Origin: Prorocentrum cordatum
Taxonomy: Eukaryota
Reading direction: 5' to 3'
NCBI GenBank assembly: GCA_963575745.1
Contig: CAUYUJ010000283.1
Location: forward strand, 1 to 64,000
DNA: 64,000 nt
In this document: positions 27,775 through 39,760 of the stretch, piece by piece
How the letters are laid out: the number at the start of each line of letters is the position of its first letter
How positions within the stretch are numbered: position 1 is the first letter of the stretch
Made by a program: the position numbers and the translations under genes
The notes under the pieces: generated by a model
Seen by the model: only the letters and a program-made list of their open reading frames with translations
The model's database searches: none
What the model was told of the DNA's origin: nothing

Positions 27775-28495
27775 GTCCTCCTGCTCCTCCTCATCCTCCT
27801 CCCTTCCTCCTCCTCCTCCTTCTCCTCCTCCACCTCCTTCTCCCCTTCCTCCTCCTCCTCCTCCTCCTCGTCCTCCCTTTTCCTCCTACCTTTCCTCCTC
27901 CCTGTCCTCCTCCTCTTCCTCCTCCTCCTCATCCGCCTCCTCCTCCTCCTCCAACTCCTCCTCCTCCTTCCCGTCCTCGTCCTCCTCCTTCTCCTTCTCC
28001 TCCTCTTCCGTCTCATTCTCTTCCTCCTCCTCCTCCTCCTCCTCCTCCTACTCCCCCTCCTCGTCGTCCTCCTCCTCCTCGTCTTCCTCCTCCTCCTCCT
28101 CCTCCTCCTCCTCCTCCTCCGCCTGCTCCTCATGTTCCTGTCCCTCATTACACGTACTGCTACTCTTTCCCAGGCACGTCTTCCCCTCTCCTCTTCCTCC
28201 TCCTCCTCCTCTTCCTTCTCCTCCACCTCCTATTCCTGCTGTTCCTGCTCCTGCTCCTGTTCATGCTTCTGCTCCTGTTCATGCGCCTGCTCCTGCTCCT
28301 GCTCCTCATCCTCCTCCTCCTGCTCATGCTCCGTATACTTCCTGGTTTGCGTTCCCTCCTCCTCCTCCTCATCATCATCCTTCTCCTCCTCCTCCTCCTC
28401 CTCCTCCTCCTCCTCCTCCTGCGACTCCTCATCATCCTGGTCCTCCTGTTCCTGTTCCTGCTACTGCTCCTGTTTCTGTGCCTGCTCTACCTCCT
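27775..28495. repeat. (CCT)n/(CCTGCT)n microsatellite
   Basis: Directly visible. Confidence 0.95.
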
Positions 28496-28519
28496 GACCG
28501 ATGAATTTGACTCGCTTGA

Positions 28520-30120
28520 ATAAAACAACGCAACACGCCAATTCGCCGGCCCAACGGGCCAGAGGCGTGCTAAGATCTCCGGTAACTGGTACACAGTATT
28601 TCTAGTTCGCGCGCGCGGGGCGGCCCCTGGGGGTCCCTGGATCAAAAATACCCTGGGCGGAGCCCGGGCGGAGCCCGGGACACTCCTCCAGATCCTCCAG
28701 GATCGCCCCAAGAGGGCCCCAAGAGGCCCCCAACACAATCCAAGAGAGGTCCGAGACGCCCGAAGATCGCTCCACGGCGCCCAAGATGGCCTCCGGACGG
28801 CCCAAGACGTGATCATTTTTTTATTCTGGGTTCCGTCATTTGGCGCATGGGGGGGAGGGGGGGGGGGTCCGGCTCTCGGCCCGTAGTCAATGCCTCCGAT
28901 TGAATCATGTGGGGAATCCTGTGGGAGATGCCGATGAGGGAATCCTATGGGGGACCCCCCATGGGGGAATCGCGAACAGGCTGCGCGGGGCTGCGCCAAG
29001 GCTATGCGTGATTGTGCAGGGCTGTGCCAGAATTGCTAGGGATCACTATTCATGATTCCACAAGGCCGTCGGTGGCATTACGGGGGGGGGGCCAGCCGGA
29101 GGCATGCTTTTTGGCGATCGGGTCCGGCGCCCCTGAGCCCTTTCGTTGTGGTTCCAGAAGAATAGGAGGAAAAAGTGCACACAGTTGCACACATCAGCGA
29201 TTCGAGCTTCTACGGGGGGGGGGGGGGAGCGCCGGCCCCCGTAGTTCGTCCGATCGATTGAAGCAGGTGGCAAAATCAGCCCAGAACTTCTCTACGGAGG
29301 GGGGGGGGGGGCGGGGGGTTCCGCCGAAAGCAAAAAAAAATAATAAAAGAATGCTCACGACGTCTCCAAGATGACCCAACAAGCCTCCAAGATGCCCCAA
29401 GAGACCTCCAGGAGCACTCCCAAGAGGGCCCCAAGAGGCAAATATCAATGCTTTTTCTTAGGTTTTGGACAGATTTGGGCGTTTCAACCTTTTCGGTTCC
29501 CCGACGCCCCTAGACGGCTCAAGAGGCCTCCAGGATCGCCCCAAGAGGGCCCAAGAGGCCCTCAAAAGAGCCCCAAGACGGCCCAAGACGGCTCCAAGAC
29601 GGCCCCAGAGGCCTCCAAGACGGCCCAAGAGGGCCCCAAGAACGCCCCCAACACGGTCCAAGAGAGGTCCGAGACGCCCGAAGATCGCTCCACGACGCCC
29701 AAGATGGCCTCCGGACGGCCCAAGACGTCTCCAAGATGGCCCAAGAAGCCTCCAAGATGCCCCAAGAGGCCTCCAAGAGAACTCCCAAGAGGGCCCCAAG
29801 AGGCAAAAACCTGTGCTTTTCCTTTGGTGTTGGACAGATTTGGGCGTTTTAACCTTTTCGGTTCCCCGACGCCCCTAAACGGCTCAAGAGGCCTCCAAGA
29901 TCGCCCCAAGAGGGCCCAAGAGGCCCCCAAGAGGGCCCCAAGACGGCCCAAGACGGCTCCAAGACGGCCCCAGAGGCCTCCAGGACGGCCCAAGAGGGCC
30001 CCAAGAACGCCCCCAACACTACACAGCTCCCGACGCCGCAGCTCCACACTGCAAACGACCACTCGGACAGGCGACCACGGTGCGACATTATGGGCCGGCG
30101 GAATGAGCGAAGCGATTAAA
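28520..30120 (+). repeat. CCAAGA-rich dispersed repeat copies with an internal ~360-bp duplication
   Basis: 29465-29655 is repeated at about 29830-30018; intervening unique segment at about 28810-29350. Confidence 0.75.
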
Positions 30121-30149
30121 TAATACCTTGAAATAGACCGTCAGCCGCT

Positions 30150-30500
30150 AGACCCGCCTCCCCAGCATAAGCGAAACGTCAAGCATCTTGATGCACGGGC
30201 GGCCGATGGATACGTCGAAGAGGACCAGCGACAATCGCGAACATCACATCCGATAGAGGGCACCCCTGTTTAAGTCCACGCCATATAGCATACCCCATCA
30301 GAAACCCGCCACCCCAACTTGATGCCGCCACACAAATTGATGGTCTTTTGCCGCGAAGACCATCTGCGGCATTCATGAGAGGCTTCGGAACAGCAGCGGA
30401 CCTTGGAACATGGAAAATGCAGCTGCGGGTTAGGCTCGGGGAGGCCGCTGCGATGTCGAACCAAGCAGAACCAGTATTTTTACGAGCGCATACAATGTGC
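30150..30500 (-). pseudogene. Decayed non-LTR reverse transcriptase fragment
   Basis: WFDIAAASPSL (DxxxAFxS motif), RGLKQGCPLSDVMFAIVAGPL (QG.PLS motif), then a stop and RFAYAGE in place of YADD. Confidence 0.8.
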
Positions 30501-31224
30501 CATAAAATAGTTTCAATACTGCGAAATAATAAATCCCACCAGCCCTCTAGGCGTCGAATTTCTCTCTGCCAATCTTCCTTCTTCCCCTGCTCGGGGGAGG
30601 GGTTTACCCCCACCCTCCCCAGGACCTGGGAGGGGGCGGAGGGGGGATCGGTCAGGGCGCTCGAGGCCTCGGAGACCCCAACATGGCCTCCAAGATGGCT
30701 CGAGATAACTCAAGATGGCTCAAGGTAGCCGCAGGCGCACATTCAAGAGGCCTCAAGGCGGCCCCGAGATGGTTTCAAATGCCTCCCAAACCCTCCATGT
30801 ACCCCGGTCAGCCTTCCCAGCTACATCACACATCAATCCTGAGGGCCTCATATGAGACTCCAACTGGGTTTTCGTATCTCTATCGGAAGAAGACGCCAAG
30901 CTGTATTTCGGGACTCCATCTAACGAGCTCACCGACGAGGCCAGAAAGGTCCTATATCAAGATGCCCCTGCAGCCATCAACAGAGCCTCTCGGGACCACG
31001 GCACGGAGGTAGGCGACCAGTCGTACCTGGACCGCTACTACATCTACAGGCCCCAATACTTCCAGGAGATGGCACGAGAGGCAATCTCAGTGCGAATGCA
31101 CAGAGCCGAGATTTCCATACTCCACTTTTTCCCCACATCCTGAGTGGGGTTCTTGTTTTCCCAGGACACCCTCTCCTTCCCACCTTCCCACCTTCCCACC
31201 TTCCCACCTCCCGCTCCCTCTTCA

Positions 31225-31590
31225 TATTCCTACCATACCATACTATACCATACCATACAATACCGCTCCCTCTTCCTACTCCTACCATACCATACTATAC
31301 CATACAATACCATACCATACTATAGCAGACCACCGTACCTACCATACCACACCTAGGAAACCATACATACACCATCACCGCATACCTACCACACCATACA
31401 ATACCATACAATACATACCTACCACGCTCGCTCCCTCTTCCTATTCCTACCATACCATACTATACCATACCATACAATACCATACCATACTATAGCAGAC
31501 CACCGGAGTCAGGCAAGCACGTAGGAAACCATCCATACACCATCACCGCATACCTACCACACCATACAATACCATACAATACCTACCTGC
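31225..31590. repeat. (ATACC)n pentanucleotide repeat with a ~170-bp duplication
   Basis: Directly visible. Confidence 0.85.
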
Positions 31591-31594
31591 CCTC

Positions 31595-33005
31595 CAGGGA
31601 GGCCCCGCCAGAGCGAGGACAGTATTCGCAAACCATATTATGTTTCAGGTTTCGTGCCCCTCCCACCGCTCCAGGGAGGCCCCGCCTGAGCGAGGACAGT
31701 ATTCGCAAACCATATTATTTATCAGGTTTCGTGCCCCTCCCAGCGCTCCAGGGAGGCCCCGCCTGAGCGAGGACAATATTCGCAAACCATATTATTTATC
31801 AGGTTTCGTGCCCCTCCCACCCCTCCAGGGAGGCCCCGCCTGAGCGAGGACAGTATTCGCAAACCATATTATTTATCAGGTTTCGTGCCCCTCCCACCGC
31901 TCCAGGACAGTATTCCCCGCCAGAGCGAGGACAGTATTCGCAAACCATATTATTATCAGGTTTCGTGCCCCTCTCCAGGCCCCGCCTGAGCCAGTATTCG
32001 CCCTCCTCGGCCGCTCCAGGGAGGCCCCGCCAGAGCGAGGACAGTATTCGCAAACCATATTATTTTCAGGTTTCGTGCCCCTCCCACCGCTCCAGGGAGG
32101 CCCCGCCTGAGCGAGGACAGTATTCGCAAACCATATTATTTATCAGGTTTCGTGCCCCTCCCACCCCTCCAGGGAGGCCCCGCCGGAGCGAGGACGTCCA
32201 GGGAGGCCCCGCTGAGCGAGGACAGTATTATATTATCAGGTTTCGTGCCCCTCCCACCGCTCCAGCTCCAGGAGGCCCCGCCTGAGCGAGGACAGTATTC
32301 GCAAACCATATTATTTATCAGGTTTCGTGCCCCTCCCACCTCTCCAGGGAGGCCCCGCCTGAGCGAGGACAGTATTCGCAAACCATATAGTTATTTATTC
32401 GCAAACCAGGTTTCGTGCCCCTCCCAGCGCTCCAGGGAGGCCCCGCCTGAGCGAGGACAGTATTCGCAAACCATATTATTTATCAGGTTTCGTGCCCCTC
32501 CCACCGCTCCAGGGAGGCCCCGCCAGAGCGAGGACAGCATTCGCAAACCATATTATTTATCAGGTTTCGTGCCCCTCCCACCCCTCCAGGGAGGCCCCGC
32601 CAGAGCGAGGACAGTATTCGCAAACCATATTATTTATCAGGTTTCGTGCCCCTCCCAGCGCTCCAGGGAGGCCCCGCCAGAGCGAGGACAGTATTCGCAA
32701 ACCATATTATTTATCAGGTTTCGTGCCCCTCCCACCGCTCCAGGGAGGCCCCGCCTGAGCGAGGACAGTATCGCAAACCATATTATTTATAAGGTTTCGT
32801 GCCCCTCCCACCCCTCCAGGGAGGCCCCGCCTGAGCGAGGACAGTATTCGCAAACCATATTATTTATCAGGTTTCGTGCCCCTCCCACCGCTCCAGGGAG
32901 GCCCCGCCTGAACGAGGACAGCATTCGCAAACCATATTATTTATCAGGTTTCGTGCCCCTCCCACCCCTCCAGGGAGGCCCCGCCTGAGCGAGGACAGTA
33001 TTCGC
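31595..33005. repeat. 77-bp tandem array, about 18 near-identical copies
   Basis: Unit CCAGGGAGGCCCCGCCTGAGCGAGGACAGTATTCGCAAACCATATTATTTATCAGGTTTCGTGCCCCTCCCACCGCT; period 77 (31671 to 31748). Confidence 0.95.
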
Positions 33006-33099
33006 TGCCATCCTCGTCGACCCCTCCCCCCGCACCTCCGCCTCTTCCTCTTCCCGACTAAGCCCGCGCCCTATTAAAACGCCCATGTGGGGAACTCCG

Positions 33100-34160
33100 T
33101 TAGCATAATTTTCTGGCATGCGAAGATCAGAAGACGTCCAGTCCCACATTGAAGCGGAGCTCATCCTCCCAGGCTGTCAGATCACAGTGCTCTCAGTGGC
33201 CATACACCACTTGAAAGGGGATCTCACACGACGCCAAACAATAGCAGAGGGGAGGGGACACATCAGGGCTCACAGGGCATGGAATACTGCAGGCCCCCCC
33301 CCGTGCGAAACATGGTGTGCTTCTCGGTGGCTGGAATGGGGGGCCCCACCGGTACGGACAAACGAAAGCACGTGGGGTGTCCCGTGGGCTTCAGCGAGAC
33401 AGCAGGAGCAGCCGGAGGCAGGCAACCTACTTCTGTTTGCGATTGTCTAGGGCTCCCAACTTTGCACTTCGCGCTCCGCGAAGCGCGAATAACTTCGCGC
33501 TCTCGCGCCGCCCTCCCAAAGGGAGAAAAGGAGGACGAGGAGGAGGGGGAGAAGGAACGAGGATCGCGAAGCACTGAGCGCGAATAACTTCGCGCCCTCG
33601 TGGGAGCCCTTGGCTTCCGCTGCTCTTAAATGATCACCTGTCTTCAGGAACCAGCAAATGGGTGCATCCACAGCCGGCAGTGTGGCGTCTGCAAGCTCCC
33701 GCTTCGTTCGTGTGGGGTCCGCTCCGCGCTCTTGCTTCCTCTCCTATCTCGGCTGCCACAGATTTCGACCAATGCGTACTCCAGGACCTCCCAGCATCAG
33801 AAGTAGGTCGAGACCCGACGAGACTGGTCCCCATAAGAATGCCAACGCTACACACAGATGCTCTCAGGGTAACAATGGACGTTGTAATCATGGCCAGAGG
33901 GTACATATGACGTTGGTGGGCAAAACTTCAGACCAGCTCCAATTCAAAACGATTAGCAAGAAGAAGTGCCCGACCCGTATGTCTGCCGCCCTAGCAAATG
34001 CTATTTCGGACTCATTGCAAGCTGTCGCCGGTGACAGACTACCATTGACCTGTGATCCAGAGGTTTCCCACGTGCTCAAAACGCTGTACGCCAGGCTGGA
34101 TCCAGACATCGACTGTGTGACGGCTCCAGACTATGCGAAAAACAAGCGGTGTGTCACAGG
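33100..34160 (+). pseudogene. Retroelement-type C5 cytosine DNA methyltransferase remnant, MITE-interrupted and frameshifted
   Basis: Ordered motifs: *FSGMRRSEDVQ (motif I-like), VLSVAI..KGDLT (II/III), GPPPCETW (catalytic PC, IV), GNLLL, [MITE], EPA..PAVWRL (VI region), DFDQC...PTRL (VIII), RCNHG..H..LVGK, CPTRMSAALANAI (X). Confidence 0.7.
33449..33610. mobile_element. MITE family C, 162 bp
   Basis: Perfect 10-bp TIR AGGGCTCCCA...TGGGAGCCCT; internal GCGCGAATAACTTCGCGC palindrome occurs twice; interrupts the MTase reading frame. Confidence 0.75.
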
Positions 34161-34173
34161 AGACGGAGATTGG

Positions 34174-34369
34174 AGGCTTAGAAATTGGCACCAACACTAA
34201 AACAGGGGGGTGCCTCCACATGGGGAAGATGATCCTAGATTTCGGAGTTGGTGGCAATATTTCGGTCACAGTGGAAGCCAGAATATTACCACCATCACCG
34301 AAATCGGGATCTTCTTCTCTCGGTGGAGGCACACCGCAGATATTCATGTTGGTGTCAACCTCTGGGCCT
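34174..34369. mobile_element. MITE family E (~195 bp)
   Basis: AGGCTTAGAAATTGGCACCAACA ... TGTTGGTGTCAACCTCTGGGCCT imperfect TIR; second copy at 54998-55192. Confidence 0.7.
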
Positions 34370-34542
34370 GAGAACAGAGGTGAGCAGATGGAAGTGCCTC
34401 CAGGCCTCTCCCCCCCCCCCTCGCCGCCGTCTCCTGCCGCCGCCGCGGCCGCTCACGCTGCTGCCGTCGCCCCCTTCTCCCCCGTGCCCGTGCCGCCGCC
34501 CGTCCCAGAAGAGGGCGACACGGAGGCTGCCTCCATGGAGAG

Positions 34543-34684
34543 GCGCGTTCCACCACTCGCAAATCAACTACTCGCAAATTGCCTGGATCCGCCGCGGAGG
34601 ATTCACGATGGACTACATAGAGGAAAGCGTGTATTCGTTTTTCTGACGTTTGCGAGTAGGCACTTTGCGAATAGTGGAACGCGC
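34543..34684. mobile_element. MITE family F (~140 bp)
   Basis: GCGCGTTCCACCACTCGCAAA ... TTTGCGAATAGTGGAACGCGC, plus inner CTACTCGCAAA/TTTGCGAGTAG inverted pair. Confidence 0.65.
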
Positions 34685-35446
34685 TCGGCGACTCCGGTGC
34701 GGAGGCCGAGGCCTGGGACGCCGAAGCGGCGGCGGCGGCCGACATGCACGGGCCCTTGGAGCCCGAGGCTGGGGAGGGCCGTGCTTCTCTCCCTCCGTCC
34801 TCTCCTCCTCCTCCGCCACCACCTGTAGAGAGCTCACAGACGAGCAAAAGGCTCGGAGTCAGGCGAATCGCGAAGCCGCCATTGCGCCGCAGGCGCCATG
34901 TCCCACGGACCTTCACATCCATATTATGGCCTGAAGGTTAGAATTCATCTTGTGAGTTTACACCCAGGGTCTTCATTTTCTCCTGGCAGTCACTGCCAGT
35001 GTTTCCCCAAAAGACTGCAGAGCTGTGAGCACGCATTGATTGCCACGCCACCGTTGCACCACCATCGCCTCCTCCCCTCCTCTCCTCCCTCCTCCCCGCC
35101 GCTCTCATCCCCCCCCACGGGGGCGGGCGCGGCGGGTGGCCGGCCATGCGGATGCCCAGCAAGCGGTCGGAGAGCGCGCAGAAGACGCCGTGCCTCCGCG
35201 CGGCTGCGGGCGGAGGCCGGGGCCACGCGGAGCGCGGGGGGGGGGCGAGCGGGGAGGGGGGGAGGGAGGGAGGGCAAGGGTGACATTTCAGACTATGTGG
35301 CGTCAGGTGTTTCTCAGCATTGTTATCTTCAACATCGTCACCACCATCATCTTTACCATCATCATTTTTGTTCCTCCTCCTCCTCCTCCTCATGTTCATT
35401 CTCGTCCTCCTCCTCCTCCTCCTCCTCAGTTCCCTTCTCCTCCGCG

Positions 35447-37990
35447 CAATCAGAACAATAAGACACGCGTACAGTCAAAAACAGGAGCAACACCATACAA
35501 TCAAAACCAATAAATAATCAATACAATCAAACACAATAAGAAATCGATACACTCAAAAACAATACGAAGCCCATACACTCAAAACAATAAGAAACCTAGA
35601 TAATCAAAAACAATGAGAAATCCAGACGAACAAAAACACTCAGAAGACGTCTTGGGGTTGAGGATACCAAGAACAACAAATAACAACAACATGAAAAACC
35701 TGAGAAAAAAAAACAACAAAACATGATCGACCCACGAACCCGGAAAGGAATAGATATATAGATGTAACGCATGGCAACGTTTTCAAAGACACCTGATTGG
35801 GTGACGGGCAAATGCAATGCTGATTGTATCGATCTTGATGTACCGTGCCGAGGGCTGTGCTGTGCTGCGCCGTGCTGAATTGCGATGTGCCATGCCGCGG
35901 TTGTGCTCTATAGCGTCGTGGATCGAGTCTTCCTTTGCATCCGAATCCTGACCGAACTGATGTGGATCTTAAGCTCGAGCTGCCTGAACACATAGCATCT
36001 GCCCAAGAGCTAATTGACAGGGGGACATGCCAGGAGGACGCGCCGCGAAACGTCCCAAGGGACGCGCCAAGCGACGTGCCAGGGGACGTGCCATGGGGTC
36101 GCACCGTAGGACGTGCCAAAAGGACGCGCTACGGAACGTGCCAATGGATGTGCCACGGAAAATGCCAGGGGACGCGCCACGCGACGTGCCAGGGGGACTC
36201 GCCAAGGGACGCCCCACGGAACGTGCCAAGGAACGTGCCAAGTTGCATGCTGATTGTATCGATCTTGATGTACCGTGCCGAAGTCTGTGCTGTGCTGCAC
36301 CGTGCTGAATTGCGATGTGCCATGCCGCGGTTGTGCTCTATGGCGTCGTGGATCGAGTCCTCCTTTGCATCCGAATCCTGACCGAACTGATGTGGATCTT
36401 AAGCTCGAGCTGCCTGAACACATAGCATCTGCCGCAGAGCTAATTGACAGGGGGACATGCCAGGAGGACGCGCCGCGGAACGTCTCAAGGGACGCGCCAG
36501 GCAACATGCCAGGGGACGTGCCATGGGGACGCACCGCGGGACGTGCCAAGGGGACGCGCTACGGAACGTGCTGGGGACAAGCGTTTCGCTCGAGACATCC
36601 TGTCAAAATCCTCATTCTAGACATCCGCCTGAGCGACCTGGACACGTGAAAACAAACGTTTCGCTCAACACATCCTCAACACATTCTCATGCTAGACATC
36701 CGCCTGGGCGAACTGGACACGTGAAAACAAGTAGTTCGCTCGAGACATCCTCAACACATCTTCATGTGAGACGTCCGCCTGGGTGACCTGGGCACGTGAA
36801 AACAAGCGTTTCGCTCGAGACGTTTTCAACACCTCCTCATTCTAGACATCCGCCTTGGCGACCTGTACACGTGAAAGCAAACGTCTCGCTCGAGACATCC
36901 TCAACACATCTTCATGTTAGACATCCGCCTGGGCGACTTGGACACATGAAAACAAGCGTATCTCTCGAGCCATTCTCAACACATCCTCATGCTAGGCATC
37001 CGCCTGGGCAACCTGGACACGTGCAAACAAGCATCTCGATCGAGACTTCCTCAACACCTCCTCATTCTAGACATCCGCCTGGGCGACGAGGACGGGTGAA
37101 ACCAAGCGTCTCGCTCGAGACATCCTCAATAAATCCTGGCGCTTGACCTCTGCCTGGGCAACCTGGAGGCGTGAAATCAAGCGTCTCGCTCGAGATATCC
37201 TCAAGACCTGGGCACGTGAAAACAAGCATTTCACTTGAGAGATCCTGTGAATTCAGGTCCCCAGGGGAGGACAAGCTATAACACAAAACAAGCGTTTCGC
37301 TCGAGACATCCTCAGCCAATTCTGAAAAACAAGCGTTTCGCTAGGGACATCCTGAAATTTTAATTCGCCGGCCCTCTTCCCACTCGTTATTTATCGCAAA
37401 AGAAATCCGCCGGCCCTCTTCCCGTCAAAACCGGGGGGAAACCTCTAAAAGAGAACCCGTGGCCTGAAGCCCTTTCCGGGAAAAACAAAAATCAATGGTT
37501 TTCGTGCCTTCAGGCTGCCTGGGCGGATCTGGGCTGGAGGGACCCGGAGGAAGTCCGAAGACGCGAAAACCATTTATGCTTGGTGTTTTTGGTACCCTCA
37601 CCGTTTTTTGTTGGTGCCCTCACAGGGTTCGTGGACCCGAGATATTTGTGCCTTCAGGCTGCCTGGGCGGATCTGGGTGGAGGGACCCGGAGGAAGTCCG
37701 AAGACACGAAAACCATTGATTCTTGTTTTTTTGGTACCCTCACAGTTTTTGTTTTTTTCTTTTTTTGGGGTATGTTTTTGTTGGTACCTTCGCGGGTTCG
37801 TGGACCCAAGGCGTTTTCTGATTGTTTTTGATTGTCTGGATTTCTTCTTGTTTTTGTTTGTATGGGTTTCTTATTGATTTTTATCGTACGGACTTCTTAT
37901 TGTTTTTGATTGTATGGACTTCTTACGGTTTTCATTGTAGGGTGCCCTTATTGATTTTCACTATGGAAGCTTCTTATCATGTTTCATTGT
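35447..37990. mobile_element. Foldback-like element with arms built from ~26-bp units
   Basis: A-rich left arm (AAAAACAATAAGAAATCCATACAATC-like units) is the reverse complement of the T-rich right arm at 37805-37990; CAGAAGACGTCTTGGG pairs with CCCAAGGCGTTTTCTG. Confidence 0.65.
35719..37485 (-). mobile_element. Helentron/DINE-like non-autonomous element A carrying a 430-bp duplication and a 75-bp satellite
   Basis: Asymmetric subterminal IR CCCGGAAAGG (35739-35748) / CCTTTCCGGG (37471-37480); A-run ends, no TSD; same termini as 38382-39681; GTGAAAACAA period 75 (36646, 36721, 36796...). Orientation and superfamily are inferred. Confidence 0.55.
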
Positions 37991-38077
37991 ACTAACCCCC
38001 TCCCCCCCACTACTTCGTTCCTCTTCTCCCCCTCCGTCCTGGCCTGGGAAGCGAAGAGGTGGAGGGGGAGGAGGAGA

Positions 38078-38157
<80 letters not shown>

Positions 38158-38249
38158 GGATGATGATGGTGATGATGACGACGGTGATGACGATTAGGAT
38201 TATGATGACGATGGAGACGATGATGATGATGATGAGGAGGAGGAGGATT

Positions 38250-38303
<54 letters not shown>

Positions 38304-38381
38304 GTGACGAGGGCGAGGGCGAGGAGGGATGATGATGATGATGAATGATGACGACGACGACGATGACTGTGACGATGAGGC

Positions 38382-39681
38382 AAACATGATCGACCCACGA
38401 ACCCGGAAAGGGATATAGAACCGCATGCATGGAAACGCTTTCACGACACCGTATTGGGCGACGGGCACTTTCACGAGACACCCCGCGAAACATTCCACGA
38501 GACACGGGCGACCGTTTTCAACGTTTCCCTGGAAACATTCCACGAGACACCCCGCGAAACAGTCCACGAGACACCCCACGAAACATTCCACGACGACAGG
38601 CAACCACTCAACCAAGGCGGTGTGGTCGTGCTGGGGAGTGGTCGTGCTGGGGTGTGGTCGTGCTGGGGGGTGGTCGTGCTGGGGGGTGGTCGTGCTGGGG
38701 GGGTGGTCGTGCTGGGGGGTGGTCGTGCTGGGGCGTGGTCGTGCTGGGGCGTGGTCGTGCTGGGGCGTGGTCGTGCTGGGGTGTGGTCGTGCTGGGGTGT
38801 GTGCTGGGGTGTGGTCGTGCTGGGGTGGGGTCGTGCTGGGGTGTGGTCGTGCTGGGGTTGGTCGTGCTGGGGTGGGGTCGTGCTGGGGTGTGGTCGTGCT
38901 GGGGTGTGGTCGTGCTGGGGTGTGGTCGTGCTGGGGTGTGGTCGTGCTGGGGGGTGGTCGTGCTGGGCGTGGTCGTGCTGGGGTGTGGTGCTGGGGGTGT
39001 GGTCGTGCTGGGTGTGGTCGTGCTGTGGTGGTCGTGCTGGGGTGTGGTCGTGCTGGGTGATGGTCTGGTGTGGTGCTGGGGGGTGGTCGTGCTAGGGGGT
39101 TGGTCGTGCTGGGGGGGTAGTCGTGCTGGGGGGTGGTCGTGCTGGGGCGTGGTCGTGCTGGGGCTTGGTCGTGCTGGGGCGTGGTCGTGCTGGGGTGTGG
39201 TCGTGCTGTGGTGAGGTCGTGCTGGGGGGTGTGGTCGTGCTGGGTTATGGTCTTGCTGGGGTGGGGTCGTGCTGGGGTGGGGTAATGCTGGGGTGTGGTC
39301 GTGCTGGGGTTTGGTCGTCCTGGGGTGGGGTCGTGCTGGGGTGGGGTCGTGCTGGGGTGTGGTGGTGCTGGGGTGCCCAGATCCTTCAAGTTCTACAAAA
39401 CAAGCGATTCGCTCGAGACATCCTCGGTAACTCTGCGGAGCAAGCGTTTCGCTCGAGACATCCTCAACACACGAAAAAGTGGCCCGCACCCTGTGATTTA
39501 TCGATCGGGATTTCAAAAACAAGCGTTTCGCCTGAGACGTCCTCAAATTTTAATCCGCCGGCCTCCTTCGACCTCGATATTTATCAGGGAAAGAATCCGC
39601 CGGCCTCCTTCAAGTTAGGCACGGGGGACATTGTTTACATACTAAAAGAGAACCCTGGGCCTTTGCCCTTTCCGGGAAAAA
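38382..39681 (-). mobile_element. Helentron/DINE-like element B carrying a 15-16-bp G-rich minisatellite
   Basis: AAACATGATCGACCCACGAACCCGGAAAGGG ... GGGCCTTTGCCCTTTCCGGGAAAAA; internal (GTGGTCGTGCTGGGG)n at 38620-39375; lies within a (GAT)n tract. Confidence 0.55.
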
Positions 39682-39710
39682 CTATGATAGAGAGCGACCA
39701 TGATGATGGC

Positions 39711-39760
<50 letters not shown>

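Noticed and set aside
31595..33005. Possible CRISPR array (also 36580-37350)
   Set aside because: Units are contiguous tandem copies without unique spacers; no cas genes; eukaryotic context
34385..34900. ELTDEQKARSQANREAAIA motif as part of a DNA-repair gene
   Set aside because: Short, frameshifted and MITE-interrupted, with no accompanying catalytic domain
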